Below the pieces are notes generated by a model that saw nothing but the letters and a program-made list of their open reading frames with translations, was not told the origin of the DNA and searched no databases. A stretch of 64,000 nucleotides of DNA from an uncultured delta proteobacterium (lineage in GTDB: Bacteria > Myxococcota_A > Polyangia > Fen-1088), in contig CAVYGB010000008.1 of NCBI GenBank assembly GCA_963767925.1, forward strand, positions 1,856,001-1,920,000. Direction: 5' to 3'. Positions 36,920 to 46,121 of the stretch are shown here, piece by piece; positions within the stretch are counted from its first letter, which is position 1; each line of letters opens with the position of its first letter. The position numbers were made by a program, and so were the translations under genes.

Positions 36920-38133
36920 TTGGGCAGCTCCACGCCGAGCGCCCGGGCCACGCTCGTCATGTCCTTGTCGCCTCTGCCCGAGACGTTCACGACGATGATC
37001 CCGCCGGGATCGAGCGTGCGGGCCACTGCCGGCAGGGCGGCGATGGCGTGGGCGCTCTCGAGCGCCGGGAGGATGCCCTCGAGGCGGGCGAGCTGACCGA
37101 GGGCGGCCAGGGCCTCCTTGTCGGTGACCGAGATGTACTGGGCCCGGCCCGTATCTTTTAGGTGGGCGTGCTCGGGGCCGACGCCGGGGTAGTCCAGGCC
37201 TGCGGAGATGGAGTGGGCCTCGGCGATCTGCCCGTCCTCGTCGCACAGGACGTACGATCGCGCCCCGTGAAGGACGCCCACCCGCCCCTGCGCCAGGGTG
37301 GCGGCGTGGCGCCCGCTGGCGATCCCCTCACCGGCCGCCTCGACCCCGACGAGCCGGACGCCGGCGTCGGGGACGAAGGCGTGAAACAGCCCCATGGCGT
37401 TCGATCCCCCGCCCACGCAGGCGCAAAGCGCGTCGGGTAAGCGGCCAACGGCGGCCTGGATCTGCTCGCGCGCCTCGCGGCCGATCACGGCCTGCAGGTC
37501 GCGGACGAGCGTCGGATAGGGATGGGCGCCCGCGACCGATCCGATCACGTAGTGGGTGGAGCGAACGTTGGTGACCCAGTCCCGCATCGCCTCGTTCATC
37601 GCGTCCTTTAGGGTCGCGGTCCCGGTGCTGACCGCGTGGACCTCGGCGCCGAGCAGCTTCATCCGGAAGACGTTGAGCGCCTGACGCTCGACGTCGACGG
37701 CCCCCATGTACACCTCGCAGGGCAGCCCGAACAGGGCGCAGGCGCTCGCGGTGGCGACGCCGTGCTGGCCGGCTCCGGTCTCGGCGATGATGCGGGTCTT
37801 GCCCATCCGCCGGGCCAGCAACACCTGGCCGATGCAGTTGTTGATCTTGTGCGCCCCGGTATGGCAGAGGTCCTCGCGCTTGAGGAACACGCGAACCTCG
37901 CGCCCGGCCTCGCGGCTCACCTCGGCGCCGAGGCGCAGGGCCTCTCCCAGCGGCGTGGGCCGTCCCACGTAATCCCGTAAGAGCCGATCCAGCTCCTCGG
38001 TGAAGGCGGGGTCGACCGACGCCTCTTTCCAGGCGGCGGCGAGCTGATCGAGCGAGGGCATCAAGATTTCGGCGACGTAACGGCCGCCGAATTCGCCGAA
38101 GCGGCCGGGGCGCGCGGGAGCGGAGGCAGACAT
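36916..38133 (-). CDS. trpB: Tryptophan synthase beta chain
   Basis: [58 protein letters not shown]. Confidence 0.98.
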   Translation of the reverse strand: MSASAPARPGRFGEFGGRYVAEILMPSLDQLAAAWKEASVDPAFTEELDRLLRDYVGRPTPLGEALRLGAEVSREAGREVRVFLKREDLCHTGAHKINNCIGQVLLARRMGKTRIIAETGAGQHGVATASACALFGLPCEVYMGAVDVERQALNVFRMKLLGAEVHAVSTGTATLKDAMNEAMRDWVTNVRSTHYVIGSVAGAHPYPTLVRDLQAVIGREAREQIQAAVGRLPDALCACVGGGSNAMGLFHAFVPDAGVRLVGVEAAGEGIASGRHAATLAQGRVGVLHGARSYVLCDEDGQIAEAHSISAGLDYPGVGPEHAHLKDTGRAQYISVTDKEALAALGQLARLEGILPALESAHAIAALPAVARTLDPGGIIVVNVSGRGDKDMTSVARALGVELPK

Positions 38134-38199
38134 GGAGGCGGGAGACTACACTGGCCGGGACCGAACGTCGCGCCACCTGTGCTATATCGGCCTCTGCCC

Positions 38200-38553
38200 A
38201 TGCCGGAGCTGGAGCCAGAATCCGAGGTGTTCGATCCCCGCAGCCGCCGTCTTTGTCCCGACGGAACCTGCATCGGCGTGATCGGCGCAGATGGTCGATG
38301 CAAGGCCTGCGGGCTGGCCGCTAGACCGGGCCTCGCCGGTGAGGCGTCGGGCGCAGCGCGGGATCTGGAGCGGGAAAAGGAAGAGGACCTGGCCACCGAC
38401 GATCTCGACGAGCCGGACGCCGGCCTGGCCGCCGAACCGATCGGCGGCAGCGGCTTCGATCCCACCCGGAAGCTGTGCGTCGACGGGAGCTGCATCGGGG
38501 TCATCGGGCCAGATGGCCGCTGCACCGAATGCGGCCAGGTGGCGGAGGCCTGA
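38200..38553 (+). CDS. Small acidic protein with two Cys4 motifs (LCxDGxCIGVIGxDGRCxxCG)
   Basis: RRLCPDGTCIGVIGADGRCKACG and RKLCVDGSCIGVIGPDGRCTECG. Confidence 0.8.
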   Translation: MPELEPESEVFDPRSRRLCPDGTCIGVIGADGRCKACGLAARPGLAGEASGAARDLEREKEEDLATDDLDEPDAGLAAEPIGGSGFDPTRKLCVDGSCIGVIGPDGRCTECGQVAEA

Positions 38554-38555
38554 AC

Positions 38556-38915
38556 ATGCCCTCGGTGGCCGTGATCGGCGCCTCCAACGTCCGGGAGAAG
38601 TTCGGCAACCGCGCGGTGCGGGCCTACCTGCGGCAGGGCTGGACCGTCTATCCGGTCAACCCGAACGAGACCACGGTCGAGGGCCTCGCGGTCTTCGCCA
38701 GCATCCTCGACATCCCCGGCGAGGTGGACCGCGCCTCGCTGTACGTGCCGCCGGCCGTCGGGGAGACCCTGCTGGCCGACATCCGGCGCAAGGGGGTCAA
38801 GGAGCTGTTCGTTAACCCCGGCGCCGAGAGCGACACCTTGCTGGAGCAGGCCGAGAAGCTCGGGCTCTCTCCCATCCAGGCCTGCAGCATCGTCGACATC
38901 GGCGAAAGGCCGTGA
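38556..38915 (+). CDS. CoA-binding domain protein (YccU-like)
   Basis: VAVIGASNVREKFGNRAV, VYPVNP, NPGAES, CSIV. Confidence 0.9.
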   Translation: MPSVAVIGASNVREKFGNRAVRAYLRQGWTVYPVNPNETTVEGLAVFASILDIPGEVDRASLYVPPAVGETLLADIRRKGVKELFVNPGAESDTLLEQAEKLGLSPIQACSIVDIGERP

Positions 38916-39888
38916 GCAGCGGCGCCCCACCCTCCGAGCGCTCGGCCGTGGCTCCCGCGGTCAGCAACATGCTCGAGCTCATCGGCGGCACGCCCCTGGT
39001 TCGTCTGCGCCACCTGCCCGACCCGGAAGGCGCGGAGGTGTTCGTCAAGTGCGAGCAGTTCAATCCGGGGGGCTCGGTCAAGGACCGGGTCGCCCTGGCG
39101 ATGATCGCGCGTGGCGAGCGCGAGGGCAAGCTGGTCCCCGGCAAGTCGGTCATCGTCGAGCCCACCTCGGGAAACACCGGGGTGGGGCTGGCGCTGGTGG
39201 CGGCGGTGCGCGGCTACCGGCTGATGCTGACCATGCCCGACAACATGTCGATCGAGCGGCGCATGTTGCTGTCGGCCTACGGCGCCGAGGTGATCCTGAC
39301 CCCGGCCGCGCTGGTCATGCAAGGGGCGGTCGACAAGGCGGCCGAGCTCTGCGCCGGAAACCCCGACTACGTGAGCCCGCAGCAGTTCCAGAATCCGGCC
39401 AACGTCGAGGCCCACCTGCGCGCCACCGGCCCCGAGATCGTGGCCCAGCTCGCCGAGGCCGGGCGGCCCGGCTGCGACGCCTTCGTGGCGGGGGTGGGGA
39501 CCGGCGGCACCATCACCGGCGCCGGCCGGGTGCTCGGCGGGCCTTCCCCCAGGTGCGGATCGTCGCCATCGAGCCCAGCAAGAGCGCGGTCCTGTCCGGG
39601 CGAGCGGCCGGTGAACACCGGATCGACGGCATCGGGGCCGGCTTCGTCCCCGAGATCCTCGACCGGTCGATCATCTCGGAGGTGCGCACCATCAGCGAGG
39701 AGGAAGCCCAGGAGCACAAGCTGGCCCTGGCCCGGCGGGAAGGCCTGCTGGTCGGAATCTCGGCGGGGGCGGCGGTCAAGATCGCCCTGGACGTGGCGCG
39801 GGAGCTGGGTCGCGGGAAGACCGTCGTCACGGTGTTGCCCGACACCGGCGAGCGCTACTTCAGCAGCGACGAGTCGTTCGAGCGGTGA
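38912..39888 (+). CDS. cysK: Cysteine synthase A-type PLP enzyme (frameshift ~39540)
   Basis: IGGTPLVRL, FNPGGSVKDRVA (PLP Lys), EPTSGNTG, GVGTGGT; after the shift HRIDGIGAGFVPEIL, GISAGA, LPDTGERY. Confidence 0.9.
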
Positions 39889-40595
39889 GCGCGCCGGGCG
39901 TGCTGCTCATCGGTGCCGGCGGGCTGGGCTGCGGCGCCGCGATCGGGCTGGCCGGCGGCGGGGTCTCCACCCTCGGGGTGGTGGACGACGACACCGTCGA
40001 TCTCAGCAACCTGCACCGCCAGATCCTCCACCGCCCCGAGCGGGTGGGCGCGCGCAAGACCGAGTCGTTCCGGCAGGAGCTGGCGATCCGCTACCCGGGC
40101 CTGCGGGTGACGGTCCACGACGGCCGACTCACCGGGGCCAACGCCGCGGCGCTGTTCGCCGGCTACCAGGTCGTCATCGACGGCTCGGACAACCTGGCCA
40201 CCAAGTTCCTGGCCAACGACGCCGCCGTGCTGACGGGCAAGGCGCTCGTCCATGCGGCGGCGGTGGGCACCGGCGGCCAGCTCATCACGGTGCTGCCGGG
40301 AGGCCGCCCCTGTTACCGCTGCCTGTTCGAGGAGCTCCCCCCGCCCGAGGCCGATGCGCCGTCGTGCGCAGAGGCCGGGGTGCTGGGCCCGGTGCCGGGC
40401 GTGCTGGGCGCGCTGGCCGCCTCCGAAGCGGTGCGGCTGCTGCGGGGCGAGGCGCCCGCCTTCGCCGGCTGGGTCCTGCGCTACGAGGGCTCGCTCCTGT
40501 CGATGCGGGCCTCCCGGTTCCGGCGCAACCCGCTGTGCCGGGTCTGCGGCGACCGGCCGACGATTGACGGCTCGTCCCTCCGGCTCGACCCGTGA
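39885..40595 (+). CDS. ThiF/MoeB-family E1-like adenylyltransferase (active-site-bearing, lacks the N-terminal arm)
   Basis: GAGGLG, DDDTVDLSNLHRQ, DGSDN, CYRC, SCAEAGVLGP, CRVC. Confidence 0.93.
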   Translation: MSAPGVLLIGAGGLGCGAAIGLAGGGVSTLGVVDDDTVDLSNLHRQILHRPERVGARKTESFRQELAIRYPGLRVTVHDGRLTGANAAALFAGYQVVIDGSDNLATKFLANDAAVLTGKALVHAAAVGTGGQLITVLPGGRPCYRCLFEELPPPEADAPSCAEAGVLGPVPGVLGALAASEAVRLLRGEAPAFAGWVLRYEGSLLSMRASRFRRNPLCRVCGDRPTIDGSSLRLDP

Positions 40596-40652
40596 GGCCA
40601 ACCCCACCCCGAGAAACGCGCTACAGTACCCGCGAACAAAGGAGACAGCGAC

Positions 40653-40925
40653 ATGGCCAGTGTTCGGATCCCCACGCCTCTGCGCAAGCTGACCAACGGT
40701 CAGGAAGAGGTCAAGGCGGCCGGCGGCAGCGTGGCCGCGATCATCGCCGACCTCGACAAGCAGTACCCCGGGCTGCGCGAGCGCATTTGCGACGACCAGG
40801 GGAAGGTCCGCCGCTTCGTGAACATCTTCAAGAACGACGAGGATATCCGCTTCCTGCAGAGCCTCGAGACCCCGGTCGCCGACGCCGACGAGCTCTCGAT
40901 CGTCCCGGCGATCGCAGGGGGTTGA
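40653..40925 (+). CDS. Ubiquitin-like (MoaD/ThiS/CysO/SAMP) sulfur carrier protein
   Basis: VRIPTPLR, LDKQYPGL, RRFVNIFKNDEDIRFL, C-terminal VPAIAGG; AGGAG RBS. Confidence 0.95.
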   Translation: MASVRIPTPLRKLTNGQEEVKAAGGSVAAIIADLDKQYPGLRERICDDQGKVRRFVNIFKNDEDIRFLQSLETPVADADELSIVPAIAGG

Positions 40926-40936
40926 CGGAAGCGGCC

Positions 40937-41590
40937 GTGAGCCTGTCGCTCGAGCAGACCCGCCGGTTCGCCCGGCAGATCGCCCTGCCCGAGGTCGGCC
41001 CCGGCGGCCAGCTCCGCCTGGCCGAGGCCGGGGTGGCGCTCGTGCGCGCGGCCCCCGATCGGGACCCGTCTGGCGACGTCGCCGCCGAATACCTGGCGGC
41101 GGCTGGCGTCGGTCGGATCGTGCCGCTGGCACCTCCGGCGGAAGGGGGCGAGGCCTGGGTGGCGGCCCTGGCCGGGTTCACCGCCGTCGTGCGCTTCGGC
41201 TTCGAAGACGACGCGCTCCTGCGGGCGGCGGTTCGACGGGGGCTACCGGCCATCTTCGCCCGGGCCCTGACTGACCAGGTCGACGTCCTGTCTTTCCGGC
41301 GGCACGGGCCCTGCCCCCACGTGGCCCTCGACGTGCCGGTCCGCAGCGCGACCGGCCCCGGGGCCGAGGCGGGCGCCGGCGCCTCGGTGGCCGGCACCCT
41401 GGTGGCGACCGAGCTGCTGGGGATCCTGGTGGCCCCCGAGGCGGGCCCCCGGGCGAGGCTGCTGCGGCTGTCCCTGGCCGGCGGCGATCGGGCCCGACCT
41501 CCCCAGGCCTCGGAGATGCCCTGGGCCCCCGAGTGTTTCATCTGCGGCGGGCAGAGCCAGGAAGCGGCCTTCACCGGAGCCCGCTCATGA
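40937..41590 (+). CDS. Degenerate ThiF/MoeB-family protein (N-terminal Arg arm present, ATP loop absent)
   Basis: GTG start; LSLEQTRRFARQIALPEVGPGGQLRL, AAEYLAAAGVG, GPCPH, PECFICG. Confidence 0.82.
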   Translation: MSLSLEQTRRFARQIALPEVGPGGQLRLAEAGVALVRAAPDRDPSGDVAAEYLAAAGVGRIVPLAPPAEGGEAWVAALAGFTAVVRFGFEDDALLRAAVRRGLPAIFARALTDQVDVLSFRRHGPCPHVALDVPVRSATGPGAEAGAGASVAGTLVATELLGILVAPEAGPRARLLRLSLAGGDRARPPQASEMPWAPECFICGGQSQEAAFTGARS

Positions 41591-42589
41591 GCGATTCGCC
41601 GGCCGTCCCCCTCCCGGTCGACAGCGAGGCGGTGGCCCGGGCCCGCGCCCGGGTGGCCGAGAGCATCACCGACCTCATCGGCAACACGCCGATCGTGCGG
41701 CTGCGCTCGATCGATCGCGACTTCCCCGGGATCGAGATCTGGGCCAAGTGCGAGTTCATGAACCCCGGTGGCTCGGTCAAGGATCGGGCTGCCTTCCAGA
41801 TGATCCGCGACGCCATCGACAGCGGGGCCCTGACCCCGGACAAGGAGATCATCGACTCGTCGAGCGGCAACACCGGGATCGCCTACTCCCTCATCGGCGG
41901 CGCCCTCGGTTACCGGGTCACCCTGGTGCTGCCGGGCAACGTCTCCTGGGCCCGGCGCCAGATCAGCGAGGCCTTCGGCACCAAGCTGGTCTTCTCGAGC
42001 CCCCTCGAGGGCTCGGACGGGGCCATCGTCCTGGTTCGCAAGCTGGTGGACGCGGATCCCGAGCGCTACTTCTATCCGAATCAGTACGGCAACGACTCCA
42101 ACCCGGGCGGCCACTACCGGACGACCGGCCGCGAGATCTGGGAGCAGACCGGAGGCCGGGTCACCCACTTCGTGACCGGCATCGGCACCAGCGGCACCGT
42201 GATGGGGACCGGCCGGCGGCTCAAGAGCTACCGGCGCGAGATCGAGGTCTATGCGGTGGAGCCCGACGATGCCCTGCACGGTCTCGAGGGCCTCAAGCAC
42301 ATGGAGAGCTCGATCGTGCCGGAGATTTACCACCCCGAAGAGCTGGACGGGGTGCTGCCGATCTCGACCGAAGACGGCCTGGGACATCTGCGAGCGGCTC
42401 TCGCGCGACGAGGGCATCCTGGTGGGCCACTCCTCGGGAGCGGCGGTGGCGGGGGCGGTGCGCCTGGCCCGGGAGCTGGCCGCCGCGGGCAAGCCCGGCG
42501 TCATCGTGACGGTCTTTCCCGATCGGGCCGACCGCTACTTCGAAGCCCCTCTTCAGACCCAGACCACCCCGTCCAAGGAGAAGCCGTGA
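41587..42589 (+). CDS. Second PLP cysteine synthase, CysM-like (frameshift ~42378)
   Basis: IGNTPIVRL, FMNPGGSVKDRAA, SSSGNTG, GIGTSGT, LEGLKHM; after the shift GILVGHSSGA, VTVFPDRADRY. Confidence 0.88.
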
Positions 42590-43061
42590 CGAAGGGACCT
42601 CATCCCCGGTTGACCCCGGCGGCGCTGGAGCGAGATCTACGCCCACGCCCGCCGCGACTATCCCAGCGAGTGCTGCGGGATCGTGTTCGGACCCAAGGGG
42701 CAGCCCCTGGCCGAGCGGGTGAAGGCCTGCCGCAACATCCAGGACCAGCTCCACGCCGACGATCCCGATCTGCATCCCCGCACCTCGCGCAACGCCTACA
42801 ACCTCGAGCCGACCGACATCTTCGCTCTGCGAGAAGAGCCTGCGGGGCGAGCAGCCGGCCAAGATCGTCTACCACTCGCACATCGACGTGGGCGCCTACT
42901 TCAGCGAGACCGACCAGGCCGCCGCCCGCTTCGGGGACGAGCCCGCTTACCCGGTCGAATACGTTGTCGTCGACGTCAAGCGGGACGGCACCCACGGGGC
43001 CCGCCAGTTCGCCTGGGACGAGGCGGCCACCAAATACGTCGAAGTCGATCAGTACGACTGA
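42586..43061 (+). CDS. JAB/MPN+ (Mov34, Mec-like) metallopeptidase (frameshifts ~42630 and ~42832)
   Basis: Manual reading across frames: IYAHARRDYPSECCG (catalytic Glu), RNIQDQLH, IVYHSHIDVGAYFSETD (HxHx7Sx2D); TGA at 43061. Confidence 0.85.
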
Positions 43062-43079
43062 CGGGGGGACCTGGGGGCG

Positions 43080-43739
43080 ATGAAGCTCTACGGCTACTGG
43101 CGCAGCTCCTCGGCCTGGCGGGTGCGCATCGCCCTGCTGCACAAGGGCCTGCCCTTCGAATACCAGCCGGTGCACCTCGTCCGCGACGGCGGCGAGCAGC
43201 ACGGCGCCGGCTACCGGGCGCTCAACCCCATGGCCGAGGTCCCGACCCTCGAGATCGAGGACGCAGGGAAGATCCGGCACCTGGGGCAGTCGCTGGCCAT
43301 CCTGGCCTACCTCGAGCGGATGGCGCCGAGCCCCCCCTTGCTCCCGGCCGACCCCTTCGCGGCGGCCCGGGCCTGGCAGCTTGCCGAGGTGGTGAACGCC
43401 GGGACGCAGCCGCTGCAGAACAGCGCCGTTCTCCTGCGCGTCAAGAACGAGCTCCGCGGGGACGAGCAGGCCTGGGCCCGCCACTTCATCGCCCGCGGCC
43501 TGACCGCCCTCGAGGCGCTGGCCCGCGACAGCGCCGGCCGATTCCTGGTGGGCGAGGCGGTCAGCGTCGCCGATGTGTGCCTGGTTCCCCAGCTCTACAA
43601 CGCCCGTCGCTACGGGGTCGAGGTGGGTGCCTATCCAACCTTGCTCGCGGTGGAGGGGAGCTGCCTGGCGCTCCCCGCCTTCGTGGACAGCCACCCCGAC
43701 CGCCAGCCGGATGCCCCCGCCCCGCCGGCCCGCGGCTAG
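43080..43739 (+). CDS. maiA: Maleylacetoacetate isomerase (GST zeta)
   Basis: MKLYGYWRSSSAWRVRIAL, NPMAEVPTL, QSLAILAYL, QPLQN, ADVCLVPQLYNARR, HPDRQPD. Confidence 0.93.
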   Translation: MKLYGYWRSSSAWRVRIALLHKGLPFEYQPVHLVRDGGEQHGAGYRALNPMAEVPTLEIEDAGKIRHLGQSLAILAYLERMAPSPPLLPADPFAAARAWQLAEVVNAGTQPLQNSAVLLRVKNELRGDEQAWARHFIARGLTALEALARDSAGRFLVGEAVSVADVCLVPQLYNARRYGVEVGAYPTLLAVEGSCLALPAFVDSHPDRQPDAPAPPARG

Positions 43740-43781
43740 GGCTGTGCACCAGCTGTCAACGCGCTGGCGGCTTCCGCCGAT

Positions 43782-45062
43782 GTGCGGAGGGTGCCGACCA
43801 CGACGGCCCCTTCGGCCGACGAATCCCGGGCCCAAGAGGACGGCCCCCAGGAGATCACCCGCCGGATAACCATCCCGGGCTTCGTCCTGGGGCAAGCGCC
43901 CGAGCTCGACCGGCGCATCTGGATGCTGGCCGCCACCCGCTTCGTCGTCACCGCCGGGTTCGCGGCGGTCATGCCCTTCCTGGCGCTGCACCTGGTCGTC
44001 GAGCGGAACTTCCCCATCCTGCGCATCGGCCTCCTGTGGACGGTGGTCGGCCTGATCAGCGCCTCCATGCAATGGGTCGCCGGCCAGATCACCGACCGGC
44101 TGGGTCGGCGGCGGGTGCTCCTGTGGGCCATGGTGATCCGCTCGCTGAACCTCGCCCTGCTCGGCTGGGCCATCGGCGCGCGCGCCTCGTTCGCGACCAT
44201 CGGCGCCCTGTGCGTCCTCAACGGGGCCATGCGCGCGTTCTACGACCCGGCTGCCTCCGCCCTCGTAGCGGCCCTTTGCTCGCGGGACAAGCGGGTCGCC
44301 GCCTTCTCCCTGCACCGGGTGGGATCCAGCCTGGGCTGGGCCGCGGGCCCGCTGGCCATCACCTTCGCGCCCGAGACGGCCTACGCCACCATCTTCTACG
44401 TCGCCGCGCCCATCACCTTCATCGCCGCCGGGGCGGTGGCGATGTTGCCCGACTCGGGCAGCATGTTGAGCCCCTCCCGCCTGCGCTGGTCGCAGATCGC
44501 CGCGTTCCGCCGGGATCGCAAGTTCATGCGCTTCCTGCTGGCGACGCTGCCGTTTTTCGTCCTGCAGACGCAGATGTACCACATGCTCCCGATCTTCGCG
44601 GCCAAGTACCTGGGTCTGGATCGGACGCAGGTTGGCTCGCTCTTCGTGGTCAACGGCATCCTGGTGGTGCTCGTGCAGCTCCCCGCGGTGACGCTGATCC
44701 GCCGGATGGGGACGGCGGGCGCGCTCGTCCTGGGATCGCTCGGGTACGTGGTGGCCTACTTCGGGGTGGGCCTGGCCACCGGCTACCTGAGCCTCCTGTT
44801 CTGCGTGGTGCTGGCCACCCTCTGCGAGATCGCGGCGGTCCCGGCCCACCAGGCCCGGGTCACCGCCCTCGCCCCCATCGACAACGTGGCCGGCTACGTG
44901 GGCCTGGGCGGCCTCGTGCAGGGCATCGCCCAGACCAGCGGGCCGATCGTCGGGAGCTGCCTCATCGAGCTGACCAGCCCCAGCGTCGGCTGGATGGTGC
45001 TGGCGCTGCTGGGGGTGGCGGCTGCGGCCGGCTTCCGCCGGCGTCGCCCCGTGAAGCCCTGA
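43782..45062 (+). CDS. MFS transporter
   Basis: About 12 hydrophobic segments; motif A GQITDRLGRRRVL. Confidence 0.9.
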   Translation: MRRVPTTTAPSADESRAQEDGPQEITRRITIPGFVLGQAPELDRRIWMLAATRFVVTAGFAAVMPFLALHLVVERNFPILRIGLLWTVVGLISASMQWVAGQITDRLGRRRVLLWAMVIRSLNLALLGWAIGARASFATIGALCVLNGAMRAFYDPAASALVAALCSRDKRVAAFSLHRVGSSLGWAAGPLAITFAPETAYATIFYVAAPITFIAAGAVAMLPDSGSMLSPSRLRWSQIAAFRRDRKFMRFLLATLPFFVLQTQMYHMLPIFAAKYLGLDRTQVGSLFVVNGILVVLVQLPAVTLIRRMGTAGALVLGSLGYVVAYFGVGLATGYLSLLFCVVLATLCEIAAVPAHQARVTALAPIDNVAGYVGLGGLVQGIAQTSGPIVGSCLIELTSPSVGWMVLALLGVAAAAGFRRRRPVKP

Positions 45063-45069
45063 CCGCCGC

Positions 45070-46053
45070 TCAGGCCTTGCCGATCTCGAAGACGGTCGAG
45101 CCGGTGGTCCGACGCCCCTCGAGGGCGCGATGGGCCTCGGCCGCCTCCGCCAGGGGGAAGGTCTGGTCCACCCGGATCTTCACCTCGCCCGAACGGGTCA
45201 CCGCGAACAGATCGCCGGCGGTGGCCAGCAGCTCGGCCCGGCTCGCGGTGTAGGCGAACAGGACCGGGCGGGTCAGGTAGAGCGACCCCTTGGCCGCCAG
45301 GAGGAGCGGATCCAGGGGCGGCACCGGGCCGGAGGACTGGCCGAACAGGACCAGCATGCCCCGGGGCCGGAGGCAGTCGAGCGACTGCGCGAAGGTGTCC
45401 TTGCCGACGCTGTCGTAGACCACCCGGACCCCCCGGCCGCCGGTGATCTCGCGAACCCGGTCGACAACCGACTCCCGCGAATAGACGACCACGTGGTCAC
45501 AGCCGTTTTCCCGGGCCAGCCGGGCCTTATCGTCGTTGCCCACCGTCCCGATCACGGTGGCCCCCAGCTTCCTGGCCCACTGGCAGGCGATCAGGCCGAC
45601 GCCGCCGGCCGCGGCGTGAAACAGGATTGTGTCGCCCGCCTGGACCTGGATGGTCTGGCGCAGGAGGAACTGGGCGGTCATCCCCTTGAGCATCATGGCC
45701 GCGGCCGTCCGGTCGTCGATCTCTGGCGGCAGGGGGACCACGCGGTCGGCCGGCAGGACGCGTTCCTCGCTGTAGCCGCCGGGGGTTCCACCGGCGTAGG
45801 CCACCCGGTCGCCGACCCGCAGGTCGCCGACCCCCTCGCCGACCTCGGTCACCACGCCGGAGGCTTCCATGCCGGGCGTGAAGGGGAGCGGCTGCTTGTA
45901 GAGCCCGGTCCGATGGTAGACGTCGATGAAGTTCAGGCCGGCGAAGCGGTGCCGGATGCGGACGTCGCCCCGGCCGAGCGGCGCATCGGGGAGATCTTCC
46001 CAGCGAAGCACCTCGGGGCCCCCCACCTCGTGAACGCGGATCGCTCTGGGCAT
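45070..46053 (-). CDS. qor: NADPH:quinone oxidoreductase (zeta-crystallin/Qor)
   Basis: MPRAIRVHEVGGPEVL, GLNFIDVYHRTGLY, HAAAGGVG, VYDSVGKDT, KGSLYLTRP, RRTTGS. Confidence 0.95.
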   Translation of the reverse strand: MPRAIRVHEVGGPEVLRWEDLPDAPLGRGDVRIRHRFAGLNFIDVYHRTGLYKQPLPFTPGMEASGVVTEVGEGVGDLRVGDRVAYAGGTPGGYSEERVLPADRVVPLPPEIDDRTAAAMMLKGMTAQFLLRQTIQVQAGDTILFHAAAGGVGLIACQWARKLGATVIGTVGNDDKARLARENGCDHVVVYSRESVVDRVREITGGRGVRVVYDSVGKDTFAQSLDCLRPRGMLVLFGQSSGPVPPLDPLLLAAKGSLYLTRPVLFAYTASRAELLATAGDLFAVTRSGEVKIRVDQTFPLAEAAEAHRALEGRRTTGSTVFEIGKA

Positions 46054-46121
46054 GTCGGTGCCTGACCTCTTAACACGGCCGGGCCGCTGGGCGCAGGAGG
46101 CGGGTTGAGGTAGAAAGCCAT

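Noticed and set aside
38912..40567. Apparent 551-aa CysK extension or fusion
   Set aside because: Frameshift near 39540; the CysK C-terminus continues in another frame to 39888 and the E1 is a separate gene.
39530..42840. Programmed ribosomal frameshifting in the sulfur operon
   Set aside because: No slippery heptamers were recognised, and similar indels occur in essential genes elsewhere in the window, so sequencing error is more likely.
41533..45253. Long ORFs 41533-43083 and 42683-45253 suggesting CysM-JAB or JAB-MFS fusions
   Set aside because: Explained by indels in the cysM-like and JAB genes; separate starts and stops are evident for each gene.
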